A stretch of DNA of 63,216 bases, the filler included, from Stramenopiles sp. TOSAG23-6 (Eukaryota), in assembly GCA_900128565.1 (NCBI GenBank). It is 16 parts of 16 records of this genome, joined end to end, with 100 filler letters (N's around TTAATTAATTAA, not from the genome) between each part and the next. Parts side by side here need not be neighbours in the genome. Positions count along the whole stretch, not along the records: positions 59,376 to 63,216 come from LT637354.1; 15 more parts are not named here. One strand, 5' to 3'. The notes under the pieces are model-generated. The model did no database searches. It was given only the letters and a program-made list of their open reading frames with translations, and was not told where the DNA came from. Shown here one piece after another: positions 59,545 to 63,216 of the stretch. Positions within the stretch are counted from its first letter, which is position 1, and each line of letters opens with the position of its first letter. The translations under genes were made by a program, and so were the position numbers.

Positions 59545-60756
59545 GCATGTGAACTTTTAAGTGGTGGATCAAATCCTACTGTTTGTCATATTACGGCGTT
59601 TACTTGGTTTACAGCATTTACAGGTCAATCATTAATTAATTTAAATGGTTATGTACAACCTCTTTTATATTGGGCTTTTCCTAAAAAAGTATCAAAACCA
59701 AACTGTAGAGAAACTCTGACACGTGTCGCAGATTTATCAGATATAACAAATAAACTTTATGATTCATCTAGTAGACAAATGAACCGTTTACATCCAACAA
59801 ATACATATCAACAAAAATGGAGTGAAAAACAAGAAAAACAAGAAAAACAAGAAAAACAAGAAAAACAAGAAAAACAAGAAAAACAAAAATGGAGTACACG
59901 TCATGAAAAACAAGAAAGTAAAACAGTATTGGTACAGAATCCAGCCTTGCGTGCGAAACATGTTCAAAGTGTTCAAAGTGGTACAAAACATGTACAAAGT
60001 GTTCAAAGTGGTACAAGACATGCAGAAAGTGTACAAAGTGGTACAAGCCATCTACAAAGTGTTCAAAGTGGTACAAAACATGTACAAAGTGGTCAAAGTG
60101 TTACATTGTCTCAAAAAATGGAACAATCTAAAAACATTACATTTGGGTATCTTAACAATGGAGTTCATTATTTTGCAATACATATGCGGAATGTAGGCAA
60201 AATAGATCCAAGTGGTAATCAACATCATTTTCTAGTTTTAAAATATAATGAAAAATGTTGGATTGTTCAAGCGTATGCTTGTTCACGTTTAAATTGTATG
60301 TAACCCTAACCCTAATAACCCTAACCCTAATGTAAAAAAATGATTTATTTTTTTTTTTGGTAAAAAAAATTTGTACCTAACAATGTAAAAACAAATTTAT
60401 TTATTCTTTACAATAAATGTTCATATGCGACAAAAAAAACTGAAATAAAATGTTCTGAATTCTCACAAGATATAATAGATTTGCATAGAAATAGTGATGA
60501 AAGTAAAAGACAAAAAATATATCAAAAATTGTTTTTAGTACCAAGAGATGATGTTTCAATATTAGACTATGTTATTTATTCATTTGCTCCTTTTGAAAAA
60601 GATTTCTTAACTTTAAGTGAAATGTCTCTATCTGCTATTTATGCACATGATGTTGCAGAGATGTTTTTCCCTCTTTCAAGAGTCAAACAATATTTATGTC
60701 TTAGTTGTGGACTTCGATCAGAAAAAACTCCAATGTATGATTTCATGATTCATTTC

Positions 60757-60787
<31 letters not shown>

Positions 60788-61855
60788 ATTATTTTTTTTT
60801 TTTTTGTACCTAACAAAAACAAATATATATTTTTTTAAATACTTTTTTCACTATACATTGGATCTTCACTTCCTATTGCTGAAACAAAAGTAAATCATCC
60901 AATATCTAAAATAATACATATAACTGAAACAATTGGTCATTTGAACATGGTTATGCTATTTGAAAATTTAACAGGATTTGGATTTTTGAATCCGATGACA
61001 TCATCTATTATTACAAATGTAGAATTATTTGTTTCAATTTATTTATCTCATACTATAAATGATGTTATTCATGGAGGTAGTAGTAGTAGTAGTAGTAGTG
61101 TTGATGGAGATGGTATTGGGGTTGATAAAGATATTAATAGTAGTAGTGTTGATGGAGATGGTATTGGTGTTGATAAAGATATTAATAGTAGTAGTGTTGA
61201 TGGAGATGGTATTGGGGTTGATAAAGATATTAATAGTAGTAGTGTTGATGGAGATGGTATTGGTGTTGATAAAGATATTAATAGTAGTAGTGTTGATGGA
61301 GATGGTATTGGGGTTGATAAAGATATTAATAGTAGTAGTGTTGATGGAGATGGTATTGGTGTTGATAAAGATATTAATAGTAGTAGTGTTGATGGAGATG
61401 GTATTGGGGTTGATAAAGATATTAATAGTAGTAGTATTGATATTGCTACTGGAACTATTGATATTGCTAGTAGTAGTAGTATTAATATAGATAGTAGTAG
61501 TAGTGTTGATGAAGATATTGATAGAGCTACACCAATGATAAAAAGTGATGATTATACATCAAGAATTAGAGTGTCATACACTGGTGATAGTATGCATTAT
61601 CATTTTAAGTCTTGGTTTGAAATTGAGCCAAATGTATCTGGTCAATATTGTACATTTTCAACTATTTATACTACAAATCAACAAAAACAAACACGGACAA
61701 TATTTCGTGCTCATCTTCAATCAACATTTAATCAAGTACCAGTGACAAATGCTATACAAAGTGATACAGAATTTATATTTTTATTTGATTCTGAAAGAGT
61801 AAGAAATTCATTTTGTACAATATTAACAAAACATTTGACTTTATTATTAAAATAA
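59545..61855 (+). CDS. Hypothetical multi-exon gene; GT-AT introns 60296-60418 and 60735-60858
   Basis: Both junctions in frame (phase 1 and phase 2); several internal tandem repeats. Confidence 0.65.
61091..61426 (+). repeat. 48-bp coding tandem repeat x7 (SSSVDGDGIGVDKDIN)
   Basis: Units alternate GGG/GGT at one Gly codon, giving a 96-bp higher-order period. Confidence 0.95.
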
Positions 61856-62277
61856 ATAAGAATTTTGACTAACACTTTGACTTTAGTATTGAAATAAAGA
61901 TATATTTATTACAATTGAAAATGTTCATTTGTCTTGTTTTAAAATATATAAATTATAATTTTTTAGTATATAATCAATTATATGGTTTTGTTTTAAAATA
62001 TATAAATTTTGATATATTTGTCAATATTACTGTATATATAATTTTTTACTATATATTGTTTTGATATTTGTTTTGTATTGAAATATATATATCAATATAA
62101 AAAAGATATAAATGTGTTTGAAATATTTTTTACTAGTAAATAAAATAATGTAAAATATACATTTGTACCATTTTTTTGTACCTAATAAATTACACTATTA
62201 ACAATTCATCATACTTCTTCCTTGTTTTACTACAATATTTACAAACAAAGTTGTACCATTTTTTTGTACCTAATGAA

Positions 62278-63106
62278 TTATACCATAAAAACTTCATCAT
62301 CATCCATCATGATTCGTTCTTGTTCCACAAGTGTATTGAGACATTGTTTCACTTGTTGAGGTGAATGTTTTTTGTGATGATATTTTAAAAAAAAAAATTG
62401 TTAGGTATAAAATTTCGTATGAAAAAAAATTTTCATTTTTTTTTTTGTTAGGTACAAAATTTCGTATGAAAAAAAAAAGTTAAAATTAAAATCCAAAATG
62501 AAAAACGTACATATTCTCCATTTTGACCAGTTGAGATTTCTTGAATAATATCAGTCACCATCATTGATTCAACACGATGTTTTTTAAACATTGCAACAAG
62601 TAATTTTTGAAATAACATTTGTTTTTCAGGTGTAACTGTCGAATTTTGATTATTTTGATTTTCAAGATTTTCATTTTGATTATTTTCATTTTCAAGATTT
62701 TCATTTTGATTTTCATTTTGATTTGAAGATTTCATATTATTTTCATCATCAGATAAAGAAGAATTTGATTTCTTTTTTTTACTTTTTGATTTTGAATCAT
62801 TATTTTCATCATCACGTCTTCGTTTTTTTCGTTTTTTCTTTTTCTTTTTATCTTTTTTAGATTTTTTATCTTTTTTTGATGTTTTATCTTTTTTCAAATC
62901 ATCACAATTAAATTCAGCTTCTTCTTCATCTTCAATTTTTTCATTAGTTAAATGAGTATCTGCATCATGGTACATTGCAAAATTAAGTATTTTAATAGCA
63001 GCATCACAATCTTCACCATCAACACTCTTAGATAATCGTAATTTAGCATGTGCGGATGATAAACGAATAAGAGATTCTAATTGACGTGCTGTTACAGGTA
63101 ATGTTC
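62278..63106 (-). CDS. MCM3: MCM3, last two exons (63106-62511, 62364-62278)
   Basis: TLPVTARQLESLIRLSSAHAKLRLSK and winged-helix end Y-SPQQVKQCL...IMMDDDEVFMV*. Confidence 0.85.
62365..62510 (-). other. GT-AT intron (146 nt, two core motifs)
   Basis: TAT|GTACGT...CAAAAAACAT|TCA, phase 0 in frame; upstream acceptor ACACTATAT at 63107 also ends in AT. Confidence 0.88.
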
Positions 63107-63216
63107 ATATAGTGTAAAGAAATATTTTTTTTTTTAAATAATTTTTTTTTCGTTAGGTACAAAATTACCTATGAAAAAAAATATTTTAATTTTTTTTTTT
63201 TTTTTTTTTTTTTTTT

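Overview
This window is not one locus. It is 16 contigs of about 3.84-3.88 kb, sorted by descending length and joined by 100-nt artificial linkers (N44-TTAATTAATTAA-N44). One contig is present twice and another three times. The DNA is from an AT-rich, probably flagellated microbial eukaryote (TMEM138- and IFT140-like genes, TTAGGG repeats), with signs of an amplified single-cell or metagenomic assembly. Recognisable genes: actin (last exon), PhyH dioxygenase, mitochondrial carrier, TELO2, PRP40, CMC2, RRP6, SPX-RING, EXS/XPR1, MazG-like NTP-PPase, THOC5, RIO2, a GFAT exon, ITPR and MCM3. The main result is a non-canonical intron system. About 30 bounded introns share a GT(A)YGT donor, a near-invariant internal motif (cgtacgaaa)TTTTGTACCTAAC and an acceptor box TTTTC(C)-N7-AT. 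I counted 22 GT-AT introns that restore reading frame, several inside conserved motifs where no usable AG exists; AG acceptors are the minority. The upstream exon usually also ends in AT, so the canonical AG|GT...AG| pattern appears replaced by AT|GT...AT|. All junctions were inferred by hand from DNA only and need RNA confirmation.
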